Shown piece by piece: positions 63,275 to 64,000 of a stretch of 64,000 nt of DNA. Source of the DNA: an uncultured Verrucomicrobiae bacterium (lineage in GTDB: Bacteria > Verrucomicrobiota > Verrucomicrobiia > Palsa-1439); contig CAWFPN010000010.1 of assembly GCA_963817685.1 (NCBI GenBank), forward strand, positions 614,746 through 678,745, written 5' to 3'. A model generated the notes under the pieces. The model worked only from the letters and a program-made list of their open reading frames with translations. It was not told the DNA's origin and made no database searches. Made by a program: the position numbers and the translations under genes. Numbering within the stretch: position 1 is the first letter of the stretch; the number at the start of each line of letters is the position of its first letter.

Positions 63275-64000
63275 AAGGCCACCATGTCCTCCGGCACGGG
63301 CGCGGTAAATTCCATGGCCTGTTGCGTGCGCGGGTGCATGAACCCGAGTTTATAGGCGTGCAGCAACGGGCGGGCAACCGAAATGTTTTCTCCTTTCGAG
63401 CGCGCGCCGCCGTAGACGGTATCGCCGAGCACCGGGTGGCCGATGTGCGCCATGTGCACGCGGATCTGGTGCGTGCGGCCTGTGTGGATCGCCAGTTCCA
63501 CCAGCGCGAAGTCCGCGAATTGTTTCAGCACGCGGTAATCCGTGAGCGCGGTCCGGCCCCGCGCGACGCGCGTGGTCATTTTCAGGCGATTGTGCGGGTT
63601 GCGGCCGATGACGGTCTCGATGTGGCCGGTGGTTTTCTCGAATTTCCCCTGGCAGAGAGCGCGATAGATTTTTTTCGTGGCGCGCGATTTGAATTGGGTG
63701 ACGAGCGACTGGTGGGCCAGGTCGGTCTTGGCCACCACCAGACAGCCGCTGGTGCCTTTGTCGAGCCGGTGGACGATGCCGGGACGTTGCACGCCGCCGA
63801 TGCCGGAGAGTTTTTCCCGGCAATGATGCAGCAGGGCGTTGACGAGCGTGTGCTCGGCGTTGCCCGCGCCGGGATGCACGACGATGCCGGGGGATTTGTT
63901 GAGCACGATCAGGTCGTCGTCCTCGAACAGCACATCGAGCGGGATGGCTTCCGCCTTCGCCGCGAGCGGACGCGGCGGCGGGACTTCGACGGAGATCTGG
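63262..64000 (-). CDS. rluD: RluA-family 23S rRNA pseudouridine synthase, partial (start lies beyond the window)
   Basis: [43 protein letters not shown]. Confidence 0.92.
   Translation of the reverse strand, partial: QISVEVPPPRPLAAKAEAIPLDVLFEDDDLIVLNKSPGIVVHPGAGNAEHTLVNALLHHCREKLSGIGGVQRPGIVHRLDKGTSGCLVVAKTDLAHQSLVTQFKSRATKKIYRALCQGKFEKTTGHIETVIGRNPHNRLKMTTRVARGRTALTDYRVLKQFADFALVELAIHTGRTHQIRVHMAHIGHPVLGDTVYGGARSKGENISVARPLLHAYKLGFMHPRTQQAMEFTAPVPEDMVALCEN

Overview
A GC-rich bacterial chromosomal segment, probably Verrucomicrobiota/PVC. This is inferred from the clpS-DUF2017 pair, a DUF4032-like small protein and a secreted protein with a C-terminal RFYRV domain. The backbone is housekeeping: tRNA-Gly(CCC), clpS, an opp-type peptide ABC operon, secG-tpiA-pgk, tmk-holB, aroQ-accB-accC, pfk-thiE, gdhA, pyk, coaD-rpmF-plsX-fabH, pilT, mnmE-mnmG and pyrR-pyrB-pyrC-carA with a PyrR attenuator, udg and rluD. 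Accessory material on top of it: (1) the end of a lower-GC island at the 3' end of tRNA-Gly; (2) a vapBC pair and a REP-flanked RAYT transposase inserted into the opp operon with translational coupling preserved; (3) a second RAYT between two REPINs, plus at least six REP-like repeat classes and two copies of a ~440 bp mosaic repeat; (4) a ~5 kb island (46310-51468) in which heptamer arrays (CCACTAS) sit at most gene boundaries, next to a tyrosine recombinase; (5) a bacterial homologue of eukaryotic DPY19 tryptophan C-mannosyltransferases. Five conserved genes (tpiA, pgk, accC, the DPY19-like gene, a dppA-like gene) each carry one frameshift or internal stop, most likely sequencing or assembly errors. 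All product calls come from motif recognition by eye; no database search was run.
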